DNA of 61,378 nt, the filler included, from Nemertoderma westbladi (taxonomy: Eukaryota > Animalia > Xenacoelomorpha): NCBI GenBank assembly GCA_032718475.1. It is 3 parts of 3 records of this genome, joined end to end, with 100 filler letters (N's around TTAATTAATTAA, not from the genome) between each part and the next. Parts side by side here need not be neighbours in the genome. Positions count along the whole stretch, not along the records: positions 24,660 to 50,391 come from JAUCBJ010008540.1; 2 more parts are not named here. One strand, given 5' to 3'. Below are positions 24,660 through 37,300 of this stretch, piece by piece. The notes under the pieces are model-generated. The model saw only the letters and a list, made by a program, of their open reading frames with translations, was not told the DNA's origin and did no database searches. The position numbers and the translations under genes are program-made. The stretch's first letter is position 1. Every line of letters begins with the position of its first letter.

Positions 24660-24842
24660 TGAATTATCAATGAATAGAAAGGAACAGGTTGCAGTGGCGC
24701 TTTATTCAACCAAAACAATAAACGAGAGGCACTTACTTACAAGTTCGAGTTGCTTTCTACTCCGGCTGTATTGCTTATTACTACACTTAATTACTAATTA
24801 CTATATGATACTTATACAGCGCCGTGGTTGCGTTCTACTTAC

Positions 24843-25594
24843 TTGGATGAAACGCTGCTTTGGCTGCTTTCACAGCTTTGTTGATGTCGGCCTTGTCTCC
24901 TTCTTGAACCTACAACATAATGTTTAAGCATTTAATAACGATTTAAATAATAATACAGTATTTACCGGGTGTGTTTGATAATGCGAAATTAAACCGCCAT
25001 AAACTTAATTAATGGGTGTAATTCATTTGTGCTCCTTTAATTGTACTAATTAAATATATAATTATTTCCGGTTAATTAAATATATAATTATTTCTGTAAT
25101 GGTATTAATTACCAGCTTAATATATATAATGTTACGGAACCCTTCATAAGAAGTAATAAAATACACTTATATAGATAAATAACTTTTGTGAATAATTTAT
25201 TACGAACCGGGAATGTTATAAATAATTCAACTAATTTACCAAGTGCGAGGTTTAAATAATATAAGAATTGCCTTCTTGTCCGTTTTTTGCACTTAATCGA
25301 TTAACATCAGAATTGCTACGAACGAAACGGAAAGATATTATTTATTTCTGAAGTTTTTATTTTCTATTATTGTTATTTGTAATTCATTACGTTATTTAGG
25401 AATAATATAGGGCGTACCTACACAGTTATACAGTACCTACGTTTTACACTTATTCACATCATTCTTACCTGACATATTTCCTCTCCTGTGGCTGGGTTTA
25501 TTGTTGCAAACGTCTTCCCACTTTCGCTGTTAACCCATTCATTGTTTATAAACAGTTTGGTGTAAATCGGTTTCACTTGCGGGTCATAAGGCAT
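24843..25594 (-). CDS. ALDH1/2: Aldehyde dehydrogenase (ALDH1/2 class), first two coding exons; the rest is missing at the gap
   Basis: Exon 25594-25469 [42 protein letters not shown]; exon 24909-24843 [22 protein letters not shown]; canonical splice sites. Confidence 0.92.
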
Positions 25595-26114
25595 TATTGT
25601 TGTTGTTGCTTATCTAATTAAGTTACTTGTAATATTTTTTGCAAAAGTAATAATTAATATATTTGCATTTAACTCTACATAGAATGCACTGTGTATTGAT
25701 TGAAGTTCCTTTTATAATATGCCGACATAATTGTGCTTATGATTTCATTCAATAACTCGGTGCAATGTCCAATCCGCAACTGTCGTAATTATTGAGTGAG
25801 GTCATTGATTTATGTTTGCTGGGCAGGGCAGCTCTTGGGGAATGCATTTAACTGAACTTATGTAGAGCGGCAACCCGCAAGGAAAGTTATTGAATATTGT
25901 TATCTAATTTCAAATTATGTCAATGTGAGGAGTGACGCCCTGCCTTGCATGCCCAGCCCATTAATTCTGTGTTTAGATAAAATAGACGTTTACATATTAG
26001 ATTTTTTTTTATGATTACCACTTGGGGATTATTATATTTAAATTATGGTAATACGTGTGCTCCATATCGTTATTAATTAAATATCCGTCCGTCAAAACCA
26101 ACAAAAATATTGGA

Positions 26115-26187
26115 CGAGCGTGCCAGGGGTCGAACCTGGGATCTTCTGCTCCGTAGGCAGACGCGTTATCCACTGCGCCACACACCC
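26115..26187 (-). tRNA. trnR-ACG: tRNA-Arg (anticodon ACG)
   Basis: 73-nt cloverleaf GGGTGTGTGGCGCAGTGGATAACGCGTCTGCCTACGGAGCAGAAGATCCCAGGTTCGACCCCTGGCACGCTCG; T5 Pol III terminator just downstream. Confidence 0.95.
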
Positions 26188-26434
26188 GCGAGGTAAAGTT
26201 CAATTTATTCCGTAGTATAATCGTAGATGCGAGTTAACAGTAAGAACTATGGGCCATAGTAGTTGTAATTTATTCACGTATGCAATAAATAAATTAAAGA
26301 ATTTCTCTTTATTCGGTACATACAGAATAAGACAAACTCTATAAAAGAAGGTCTATATGATATAAATATTAGAAATACAAACATTATAACATTACAAATT
26401 TATATCAATAAAACACACGTATAGCGTACAGATA

Positions 26435-26645
26435 GGCGGGGAAACTGGACGCAATAAAAATTCATGGACGCAAATAACAGTTGATAAAACTGTAACCTGT
26501 TCTATTGTGTTTAGTTTATTGTTTTGGTTAAAATAACGTGCCACTGTAACCTGCTCCTTTCCCTAAATTGAGAATTTAACATTGAGGCGGGATATTAATT
26601 CGCCAAGGCGGGTTTTGCGTCGAGTTCCCCCCCCCCCCCCCCTGT
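26435..26645 (-). mobile_element. Abundant MITE family (TIR GGGGAAACTGGACGCAA), near-complete copy
   Basis: Same core (GGAAAGGAGCAGGTTACAGTGGCA.GTTATT.TAACCAAAACAATAAAC) recurs near 2800, 10070, 11480, 24680, 26960, 27150, 38335, 39570, 55440 and 61030. Confidence 0.8.
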
Positions 26646-27371
26646 CTCATAGCTTAAGGTACCGTAGCGTTGACCATAACTATATTATATGGGTTAACAC
26701 GATATGAGCCTGCTACCTCTTTAAACATGATATCTAGCTACACCGTTAGCTACAAACTGTATACTTAACAAAACTGGCGCTATTGGAAATAAAAAACTGT
26801 AAAACTTTGCTAAAGTCAGTGTACAACACAGCCAGTCAGCCGTACTACCTCCAATGTTAGTGCCACCATTAAGGTTGTAATAAACCGCTAATTCTGTAGT
26901 AATTCTTATTTTATTATAAATTATGCAATTATTGTATTGTGTTTCCACAAAAGTGGAAACTTAACGCAAATAACAGCTGATTAAATTCAAATGTAAACCT
27001 GTACCGGTATGATGTTATATTGACTTTCGTTTATTGTTTTGGTTTGAATTACATGTCATTGTAACATGCTCCTTTCCCCTACTTATAATTACAAATAGTG
27101 GCGTCCATTAAAAACGTTACCTCCAGCGCAAATTGGCCGCATATAAACTAAGGTTTTGTTTATTGTTTTGGTTAGAAAACACTGACACTGTAACCTGCCC
27201 CATCCCCTAAATGTTTTAAATAAATTACGCGTTGTCGGTAGCTAAGGAGGACTTGTAGCAGTAGTTGGTTTGGTTGGCCTTTAACAATGATTATTTTAAA
27301 CTTTATCTCATACACCATTAATCAATTAATGAATGATTTTATAAATAATAATAAAGAAATAAAATGGCAGT

Positions 27372-28460
27372 TTAATTGAATTCTATGGCGGGTCCAACAG
27401 GGCGAACTTTAGCTGGGTTAATCAGGGGGTAGCTGCTAGCGAAGTGACCCTTTATATGGTCCCAGTCTACGGTGTCTTCCAGGTGGTAGGTGTGATACAG
27501 TCGTTTAGTGTAATTCCAAATGTTTTTATAATCAATTATCATTTTTTTGTTACACTTGAATTGATCGTAATAGATAGTATCGAAACGAATTAGAGTCGGA
27601 AATAACATTATGTCGTTATCACTGAGTCGATCGCCCTTTATGAATTTACGTGTTTCTAGTAAGGCGTCCAAACTATCCAGATTGGCGAAGAGTTCTTTGT
27701 AGGAAAGTTCGTAAGCCGATTGGCTGATAGATAAACCGCATTGATATGGTCCGGTGTTTATTGCCTTCACTAGCTCCATCAATTCTTGCGATTGGTCAAC
27801 TCCTTCGTTGCTGTCAATTTCCGCTATTGGATTGGTTGTTAGGGCGTTGAATTCGTTATTGAGCATATGGACAATGTCGTAAGCGTCGTTGCTAACCGCT
27901 GTTCGAAACTTCTTATCCCATAGTAGCGGGACAGTCGCTTTATATTTGTACTCGGGATTCGCTAATTTATAAACATCCATTAAACTTCCGCAACCGTTTA
28001 CTTCGTCTAAAGAGCAACGCGATCTCGCATCCATGAACTTGTAACCATGACTACCGTCTTCCCAATCAACAATACTCACTGTAATCGAATTTTCCAGTCC
28101 TTTAAGTTTCCTGGTTATGAGTACAGCGTGGGACCATGGGCAGCCCAGACTGGCGTAGACGTGGTACCGACCGCGCATTGGCTGGAATTCCGTAGACCCA
28201 TCGGCGCGGACCCACCGCCGAAAACGATTGATAGGAGGGTGGTACGCCCCCTCGTGGTCTGTCGTCGTATTGGTTCCTTTATTCTTCTTAGTGCTACCAA
28301 CTGTTAGGAATATGCTACTGGTTGTACCTTGGTGTAGTTCAGTATCCAAGGTTGTGGTAGCTAGGGGTAATTGGGTTGTAGTTCGCCAAAGACCTTCGTT
28401 TGCGTAGAGAATACCATCAGATGTCCATTTTTCTCTTTCTCTCATATACCTGGTAGACAT
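27372..28460 (-). CDS. Glutathionyl-hydroquinone reductase (GST Xi / YqjG-ECM4-like), single exon
   Basis: GRYHVYASLGCPWSH..LITRKLKGLEN, TVPLLWDKK, INTGPYQCG, FPTLIRFDTIYY..FKCN, HIKGHF...INP....PVGP. Confidence 0.92.
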   Translation of the reverse strand: MSTRYMREREKWTSDGILYANEGLWRTTTQLPLATTTLDTELHQGTTSSIFLTVGSTKKNKGTNTTTDHEGAYHPPINRFRRWVRADGSTEFQPMRGRYHVYASLGCPWSHAVLITRKLKGLENSITVSIVDWEDGSHGYKFMDARSRCSLDEVNGCGSLMDVYKLANPEYKYKATVPLLWDKKFRTAVSNDAYDIVHMLNNEFNALTTNPIAEIDSNEGVDQSQELMELVKAINTGPYQCGLSISQSAYELSYKELFANLDSLDALLETRKFIKGDRLSDNDIMLFPTLIRFDTIYYDQFKCNKKMIIDYKNIWNYTKRLYHTYHLEDTVDWDHIKGHFASSYPLINPAKVRPVGPAIEFN

Positions 28461-29014
28461 TATCACTGATAACTTAACGATTGTCGGTAACGATAACGGT
28501 TAACTTTAATTTATATAACAACGTGTATCTTGACATGTAGATATTTACTAATAACTTAATTAATCCATTGCTTGTTGCTAACATCAATTTAGGACGCACT
28601 TAGCAACATTAAACCAGAGCCAAGAAGTGACTATACACCGGTCCATGGGGTATATAATGGTAATAACAAGCCTGCAAATAGGTTACGTAACAGCCAGTAA
28701 CATAGAAATGTTACGGAATTTCGTCCAATCCCATGGACCCTTTTTTCGCACTTAGTGTTGTCCTAACCAATTAAATTTAAAATAATATTCTAACTCAACT
28801 CGAAGCAAGACGACCTCCGAGGCTCTCAAAAATTATCAAGAACAGTGAGAATAATGGCCAATATTTCTTTTGTGCAGTAGGTACGCAGCAAGGAAGTAAA
28901 CTACTGTATTTATAGCTTTTATAATAATTCACGTGATATCTACTTTTATAAAACTAGTGACGGGCCTAGCGGCCCGATAAGGAACCGACTTTTTATTTCA
29001 AATAAAAGAGACAA

Positions 29015-29885
29015 CGAGCTCGGCTCGGTCTTGCACGATTGGGCACGATTAAGTTCGACTTGGCTTGATCGGCTCGGTTTGGCTCGATTAGGCTCGGCTC
29101 GGCTCGGCTCAGCTCGGTTCGGTTCGGCTCGGCTCGGCTCGGCTCGGCTCGGCTCGGCTCGGCTCGGCTCGGCTCGGTTCGGCCCGGCTCGGCTCGGCCC
29201 GGCTCGGCCCGGCTCGGCTCGGCTCGGCTCGGTTCGGCCCGGCTCGGCTCGGTTCGGCCCGGCTCGGCCCGGCTCGGCTCGGCTCGGTTCGGCTCGGCTC
29301 GGCTCGGCTCGGCTCGGCTCGGCTCGGCTCGGCTCGGCTCGGCTCGGCTCGGCTCGGCTCGGCTCGGCTCAGCTCGGTTCGGTTCGACTCGGCTCGGCTC
29401 GGATCGGCTCGGCTCGGTTCGGCTCGGCTCGGCTCGGCTCGGCCCGGCTCGGCCCGGCTCGGCTCGGCTCGGCTCGGCTCGGCTCGGCTCGGCTCGGCTC
29501 GGCTCGGCTCGGCTCAGCTCGGCTCGGCTCGGCTCGGTTCGGTTCGACTCGACTCGACTCGGCTCGGATCGGCTCGGCTCGGTTCGGCTCGGCTCGGCTC
29601 GGCTCGGTTCGGCTCGGCTGGCTCGGCACGGCTCGGCTCGGCTCGGCACGGCTCGGCTCGGTTCGGCTCAGCTCGGCTCGGCTCGGCTCGGCTCGGCTCG
29701 GCTCCTCGGCTCGGCTCGGCTCGGCTCGGCTCGGCTCGGCTCGGCTCGGTTCGGTTCGACTCGGATCGGCTCGGCTCGGCTCGGCTCGGTTCGGCTCGGC
29801 TCGGCTCGGTTCGGCTCGGCTCGGCTCGGCTCGGCTCGGCTCGGTTCGGCTTGGCTCGGCTTAGCTCGGCTTGGCTCGGTCTGAG
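29015..29885. repeat. (GGCTC)n pentanucleotide microsatellite
   Basis: About 850 bp of GGCTC with GGTTC/GGCCC variants. Confidence 0.98.
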
Positions 29886-29892
29886 TCGACTC

Positions 29893-30252
29893 CCCGTGCT
29901 GCTCGAAGGGCGCAAATACATATATCGAAGGGTCAAAGCAAAACTCACGTGCTGCTCGAAGGGACAAAGTCAAACAATGTGTCTATTATTTGATGTAATT
30001 CACGTGCTGCTCGAAGGGCGCAAATACATATATCGAAGGGTCAAAGCAAAACTCACGTGCTGCTCGAAGGGACAAAGTCAAACAATGTGTCTATTATTTG
30101 ATGTAATTCACGTGCTGCTCGAAGGGCGCAAATACATATATCGAAGGGTCAAAGCAAAACTCACGTGCTGCTCGAAGGGACAAAGTCAAACATTGTGTCT
30201 AATATTTGATTAACTCACGTGCTGCTCGAAGGGCGCAACTACATATATCGAA
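29893..30252. repeat. 108-bp tandem repeat, about 3.3 copies
   Basis: Unit starts CACGTGCTGCTCGAAGGGCGCAAATAC at 30001 and 30109; each unit has two CACGTGCTGCTCGAAGGG subrepeats. Confidence 0.92.
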
Positions 30253-31332
30253 ACAAGCCCCTGTCTTGTATTTTAATTATATCAGAAATCCTTGCCTTCA
30301 GTACAAATATCTAAAAATTCATTCACCTGAAGTATGGGTAACATTATGAATTCGTTTTTCGCACAGTAGAGTTAACGAAGCAAATACCCTCCAGGTTGAC
30401 TGAATGATTTTATTAATGTTTGCCATGCATAATGTACCATATTTGGGTCCCATGGCCCACCCCATTGAACAGCTTTGCTTACATCTGATAGAGAGTAATC
30501 CCAAATTAACTTCCCTCTACGAAAATTATTTTATTTAAATACATACAACATAGCAGACAACTCTGCAATCAACAGTACACAATAACTAAAATGGCATTCA
30601 CCTTACCAGCTATTCGCATTATGCTAATAGATATTCGATTTCATTGGATTCAGTGAGTGTGTGAGGGCTATTGGGAGAGCAATCAGCTTATGATGTAATA
30701 CATTAGAATCCCACGGCTTTTGTTTGCTTACTGTCTGAGTTGTAGAGTGAGGATAAAACTTGGCAGAGAAAGCATTTCCTTGTTAGGTGGCCATTCCTAT
30801 TGTAATATCATTACTAGGCTATCTCTATCCATTTTTCATGAGTGCCAGCTGGTGTTTTTATCATTGCGCCTATGGCGTTTTTTCGTTTATGTCTATTTTT
30901 CGAGCCCACGGCTCATGGACGAAATAGCGGAACATACCAGGGACCTTAGAATCGCGGTATCTAGCCGCTGTGAAAATTTCATCAAAATCGTTAGAGTAGT
31001 TTTGGCTGTAGATCAGTCAGTCAGTCAGCCAGTCTCGAGCAATTCTTACAGTAATGAACCTCTCGGTTCCTAATAAACAAGTAAAAAATTAAGCTAATGT
31101 GTATAGGATTCGAACCCACGCTGTTGTAAAACGTCACACGTTGACGGTACTAACTAGACCAGAGCGTAAGTGTAAGATACATACAGTCTTCGTATGACAG
31201 TTAATTAATGTACTTGAAGTATCAATTGTTCGGGTCGGCTGTGATCGATAGTGATTTGACCTACATAAGTAATTATAATGGACTCTTTATAACGAAAAAA
31301 TTTATCATCTTTGAGTTATTATTATATTCCAG

Positions 31333-34300
31333 GCATGGGTTAAGAAAATCAAAGAAATCTCTTCGGCAATGGGTCGACTTGCGTGGCATGGGTCGTTACG
31401 GACTATGCGAGATCTATCGGAATGGGATATTACCATGGAAACCCGGACATGTGCAATGTTGAGAGTTGATGCAGCGCCACGGTTCCTGAGACGGCCACAA
31501 AAAGAACTCGTAGTGCTAGAGGGCGCTAAGGCTCGTTTGGAGGCTAAGATCGGAGCTCTCACTGAACCACTTATATCTTGGTAAGTATCGGTACCGGTAT
31601 CTAAGTATCGGTACCGGTATCAAAGTATCGGTACCGGTATCAAAGTATCGGTGCCGGTACCGGTATCAAAGTATCGGTATCAAAGTATCGGTACCGGTAT
31701 CAAAGTATCGGTACCGGTACCGGTATCAAAGTATCGGTACCGGTACCGGTATCAAAGTATCGGTACCGGTATCAAAGTATCGGTACCGGTATCAAAGTAT
31801 CGGTACCGGTATCAAAGTATCGGTACCGATATCAAAGTATCGGTAGCGGTATCAAAGTATCGGTACCGGTATCAAAGTATCAGTACCGGTATCAAAGTAT
31901 CGGTACCGGTATCAAAGTATCGGTACCGGTATCAAAGTATCGGTACCGGTATCAACGTATCGGTACCGGTATCAAAGTATCGGTATAGGTATCAAAGTAT
32001 ATATCTATCTAAAGGATGCTACATTTTAAGGATTAATAATAATACCATTACATATTGTACGGTGTGCAATAATCATTGATGAAGTAACGGAAGCAAAAAA
32101 TAAAGAAATTTCTTAGTTTCATGTGATTATTTATTTTATCCATGCAGGAGGTTTGAAGGCCGTGAGCTGCGTCAAAGTCTGAAACACCGGTTAACCTACA
32201 ACCAGCAAGTTTACGGTCTAACTATAACGGAATGCGACCTAACTGACCAAGGAGAATACTTGTGTCACGCCGTGAATTCATATGGAGACAGAAGCGCAAC
32301 ATCGAGGGTTGTGATACGAGGTTAGTTTGAACTGAGACTTTTCTTACATTTAAAATTATTGATACTTTCTGATCAAGTGATTTGAAGGCCTACTTGTAGC
32401 TTCATATCACATCCCCGGAATTTATTTGTTTCTAGAACTGACAGCTGAGCAGCGCGCCGATCGTGTCAAATATGGATATTCGGCATTTTATCGTGGTTTC
32501 CATGGTGGCGAGGATGTGGCCAGACATATATCATCGGAGACACCTGCACCAAGTTACGAGTCAACAGCACCAACCACTCCCACAGTGTAAGTATAACCAC
32601 CCCCACAGTGTAACTTTAACCAACCCCACAATGTAAGTTTAACCACTCTCCTAGTGTAAGTATAACCACCCAACAGTGTAAGTATAACCACCCAACAGTG
32701 GAAGTATAACCACCCCCACAGTGTAAGTAAAAACCACCTCCACAATGTAAGTATAACCACATCCACAATGTAAGTATAACCACTCACTCCCCTTGTGTAA
32801 GCATAACCACTCCCGCAGTGTAAGTATGACCACCCCCACAGTGTAAGTCTAACCACTCCCCTAGTGTAAGTATAACCACTCCCCTAGTGTAGTATAACCA
32901 CTCACCTTGTGTAAGCATAACCACTCCTGCAGTGTAAGTATAACCACTCCCACAGTTTAAGTATAACCACTCCCCTAGTCTTAGTATGACCAACCGCATA
33001 GTGTAAGTTTAACCACTCCCACAGTGTAAGTATAGCCACTCCCACAGTGTAAGTATAACCAAACCCACATTGTAAGTATAACCACTCCCACAGTTTAAGT
33101 ATAACAACTCCCGCAGTGTAAGTATAACCACCCCCACAGTGTAAGTATAACCCCTCCCGCAGTGTAAGTATAACCACTCCCACAGTTTAAGTATAACAAC
33201 TCCCGCAGTGTAAGTATAACCACTCCCACAGTGTAAGTATAACCACTCCCGCAGTGTAAGTATAACCACTCCCACAGTGTAAGTATAACCACTCCCGCAG
33301 TGTAAGTATAACCACTCCCACAGTTTAAGTATAACCACTCCCCTAGTCTTAGTATGACCAACCGCATAGTGTAAGTTTAACCACTCCCACAGTGTAAGTA
33401 TAGCCACTCCCACAGTGTAAGTATAACCAAACCCACATTGTAAGTATAACCACTCCCACAGTGTAAGTATAACCACTCCCGCAGTGTAAGTATAACCACT
33501 CCCACAGTTTAAGTATAACAACTCCCGCAGTGTAAGTATAACCACTCCCACAGTGTAAGTATAACCACTCCCGCAGTGTAAGTATAACCACTCCCACAGT
33601 TTAAGTATAACAACTCCCGCAGTGTAAGCATAACCACTCCCGCAGTGTAAGTATAACCACTCCCACAGTGTAAGTATAACCACTCCCGCAGTGTAAGTAT
33701 AACCACTCCCACAGTTTAAGTATAACAACCCCCGCAGTTTAAGTATAACCACTACCACAGTGTAAGTATAACCACTCCCGCAGTGTAAGTATAACCACTC
33801 CCACAGTGTAAGTATAACAACTCCCGCAGTGCAAGTATAACCACTCCCACAGTGTAAGTATAACAACTCCCGCAGTGTAAGTATAACCACTCCCACAATG
33901 TAAGTATAACCACTCCCGCAGTGTAAGTATAACCACTCCCACAGTTTAAGTATAACAACTCCCGCAGTGTAAGCATAACCACTCCCACAGTGTAAGTATA
34001 ACCACTCCCACAGTGTAAGTATAACCACTCCCGCAGTGTAAGTATAACCACTCCCACAGTTTAAGTATAACAACTCCCGCAGTGTAAGCATAACCACTCC
34101 CGCAGTGTAAGTATAACCACTCCCACAGTGTAAGTATAACCACTCCCGCTACTACTACTAGGTCGAGCGAACTCGGACAGTGGAAATGAGATCCTTCCAG
34201 GCTTCCCGATTCTCCATAGTTGTCGCAATTTCGTTTCTCCCAAGTTCAGTATCCCTTTCAAGTTGATCTATATATGTTATGGCAGGTCGTCCACGACTAC

Positions 34301-37300
34301 GCTTTCCATGGGTTGGTTGCCAGAGAAGTAGATCTGGTATGACCTCGTCTTTACTTCGCCAGCAGTGCCCACTGAATCTTAATCTGCGTTCACGGAGGGT
34401 GGTTGATACAGGTGGTATTGTACCATAAAGCTCGGCGTTTGTCATGTGTTGTCTCCAGCTGATGTTTAGGGCTGCCCTTAGTAGTCTTGTGTAGCAACCA
34501 TCAATTCGTTGTTCAAGTGATTTAGTCAGTGTCCAGGTCTCACCCCCGTATAAAAATACACTTTCCACTGTGGCTCGAAAGAACTTAGTCTTCAGGTGCC
34601 TGGAGAGATCTGATTTCCAGATGGTATCCATTTTTGATAGAGCTACCCAAGCCTTTGCTTTCCTAACTTCTATGTCCTTTTTGCTACTCTCTATCCATGA
34701 TCCAAGGTACTGGAAGTCATCGACCTTCCTTAGTTGATTATTATCAATGGTTGTCAAGTTTCCATCAACATTAAAGGTCATGAATTCGGTCTTGGTAGCA
34801 TTTATATGCAATCCAACCTCCTTAGCAGCCCTCTCCACTTTATTTAGTAGAAGCTGTGCATCTGCTAGCGTATTAGAGAGCAGGGCGATGTCATCCGCAA
34901 AGTCGGTGTCTGTGACTGTAGTTGCCGGATATCTACTACTTCTGCGTTCTTGAAGTGTGAATCCCAGATCTTCACCCTTTGTGGCCGTCCTCATTGCGTA
35001 ATCCAGCACAATTACAAATAGTAATGGTGCTAATGTGTCACCTTGCAGTACGCCAGCCAGGATTGAGAAAAACTCAGTTTCACCATCTGGTGAGAGTACC
35101 TGCGCTTCTGTGTCACAATATAACAATCCAATGCCAGCAACAATTACTTCTGGTATTCCATAAGCTCTTAGGATTTCAAGCATTTTACCTCTATGGATGG
35201 AGTCGAATGCCTTCTTGAAGTCCACAAAAGTCATGACTGCGGGGAGATTCTTTGACTTAATTCCTTCAATCAGTCTCCGTAGTGCAAGTATCTGAGCTAT
35301 TGTTGATCTACTTGGTCGAAATCCGTTTTGGCTCTTACGCAGTAGTTTCTCTATGTGAGGCCTAATCCTATATAGAATCATTTTATTGTATATTTTGGCA
35401 GCTACCACAAGCAGACAGATCCCACGATAGTTTGTTGGTATGCCGAGGTCTCCTTTCTTGGGGAGAGGCTTTAGTTGACCTTTAGTCCAAATTGGTGGTG
35501 GCTTTTCCCCTTTTAACATCCGGTTGCAAACATTCAATAATGGTCTATTTAGCACTCCGGTTTTCCATACCTCCGCTGGGATTTCATCTAATCCACTCGC
35601 TTTATTATTGGACATGCTTTTAATGCTTCTTTGGAGTTCGGCAGGAGTGAAGTCCCCTGTTTCTATAGGTAGTGTCTTGTCATATATTTTCCTTGTAGGG
35701 CTGACCTCGATTTTTGGTGGCTGCCCAAGCAAGTTGCTGAAGTGATTTTTCCACTTCCCAACACGTTCTTCAGGACTATCGGCTTTGAGGCGCCCCTTTG
35801 TACCGCAGTGTAAGTATAACCACTCCCGCAGTGTAAGTATAACCACTCCCACAGTGTAAGTATAACAACTCCCGCAGTGTAAGTATAACCACTCCCACAG
35901 TGTAAGTATAACCACTCCCGCAGTGTAAGTATAACCACTCCCACAGTTTAAGTATAACAACTCCCGCAGTGTAAGCATAACCACTCCCGCAGTGTAAGTA
36001 TAACCACTCCCACAGTGTAAGTATAACCACTCCCGCAGTGTAAGTATAACCACTCCCACAGTGTAAGTATAACCACTCCCGCAGTGTAAGTATAACCACT
36101 CCCACAGTGTAAGTATAACCACTCCCGCAGTGTAAGTATAACCACTCCCACAGTGTAAGTATAACCACTCCCACAGTGTAAGTTTAACCACTCCCCTAGT
36201 GTAAGTATAACCACTCCCGCAGTGTAAGTATAACCACTCCCACAGTGTAAGTATAACCACTCCCGCAGTGTAAGTATAACCACTCCCACAGTGTAAGTAT
36301 AACCACTCCCGCAGTGTAAGTATAACCACTCCCACAGTGTAAGTATAACCACTCCCGCAGTGTAAGTATAACCACTCCCACAGTGTAAGTATAACCACTC
36401 CCACAGTGTAAGTTTAACCACTCCCCTAGTGTAAGTATAACCACTCCCGCAGTGTAAGTATAACCACTCCCACAGTGTAAGTATAACCACTCCCGCAGTG
36501 TAAGTATAACCACTCAATAAAAATTAATCCCTCTCCAGGGGAAATTCGACGCAAATAACAGCTGATTATTCCTATAACCACTCCCGCAGTGTAAGTATAA
36601 CCACTCCCGCAGTGTTAGTATAACCACTCCCGCAGTGTAAGTATAACCACTCCCACAGTGTAAGATTAACCACACCCCTTGTGTAAGTATAACCACTCCC
36701 ACCTTGCAAGTTTAACCAACCCAACAGTGTAAGTATAACCACTCCCACAGTGTAAGTTTAACCACTCCCACAGTGTAAGTATAACCACTCCCACAGTGTA
36801 AGTTTAATCGCTCTCACAGTGTAAGTATAACCACTCCCACAGTGTAAGTTTAACCACACCCCTTGTGTAAGTATAACCACTCCCACAGTGCAAGTTTAAC
36901 CAACCCAACAGTGTAAGTATAACCACACCCACAGTGTAAGTTTAACCACTCCCACAGTGTAAGTATAACCACTCCCACAGTGTAAGTTTAACCGCTCCCA
37001 CAGTGTAAGTTTAATCGCTCTCACAGTGTAAGTATAACTTGTTACTGGAGTTCTCGTGTGTCTCACGTTGTTTTTATTGTTCCTAGCGTCGGAAAGACTA
37101 CTAGATACGACTCTGAGCCGCAATTCAACGTGAAACTAAAAGACAAGGAAGCGGAGATGGGAGACAAAGTTCGTCTGAGTTGTAGCGTAACGGGCACGCC
37201 AGAGCCAGTGGTGGAATGGACGAGAGACGGCAAAGTGTTGGTTGACCGGCAAGGATGTAGTATACGGTGAGTGTAGCGGCATATGGTTGGGGTAGCCGGG

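Larger units (their letters stand above)
28952..31078 (-). mobile_element. Non-autonomous Helitron/Helentron-type (DINE-1/HINE-like) element carrying satellites
   Basis: Minus-strand 3' end has hairpin CGGGCC-GCTA-GGCCCG then CTAG; subterminal inverted repeats AGGAACCGA (28980) / TCGGTTCCT (31063); (TCAG)n microsatellite near 31013. Confidence 0.65.

Noticed and set aside
28993-29973. Long AEPSR / LGSAR repeat ORFs
   Set aside because: Translations of the (GGCTC)n microsatellite, open on both strands because the unit has no stop codon.
31095-31170. tRNA-like B box (GGGTTCGAATCC, minus strand)
   Set aside because: No cloverleaf; probably a decayed SINE head.
35804-36404. Repetitive N-terminus of the 748-aa ORF, an apparent repeat-RT fusion protein
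   Set aside because: Chance in-frame read-through from the 23-bp satellite into a 5'-truncated RTE, with no real start codon.
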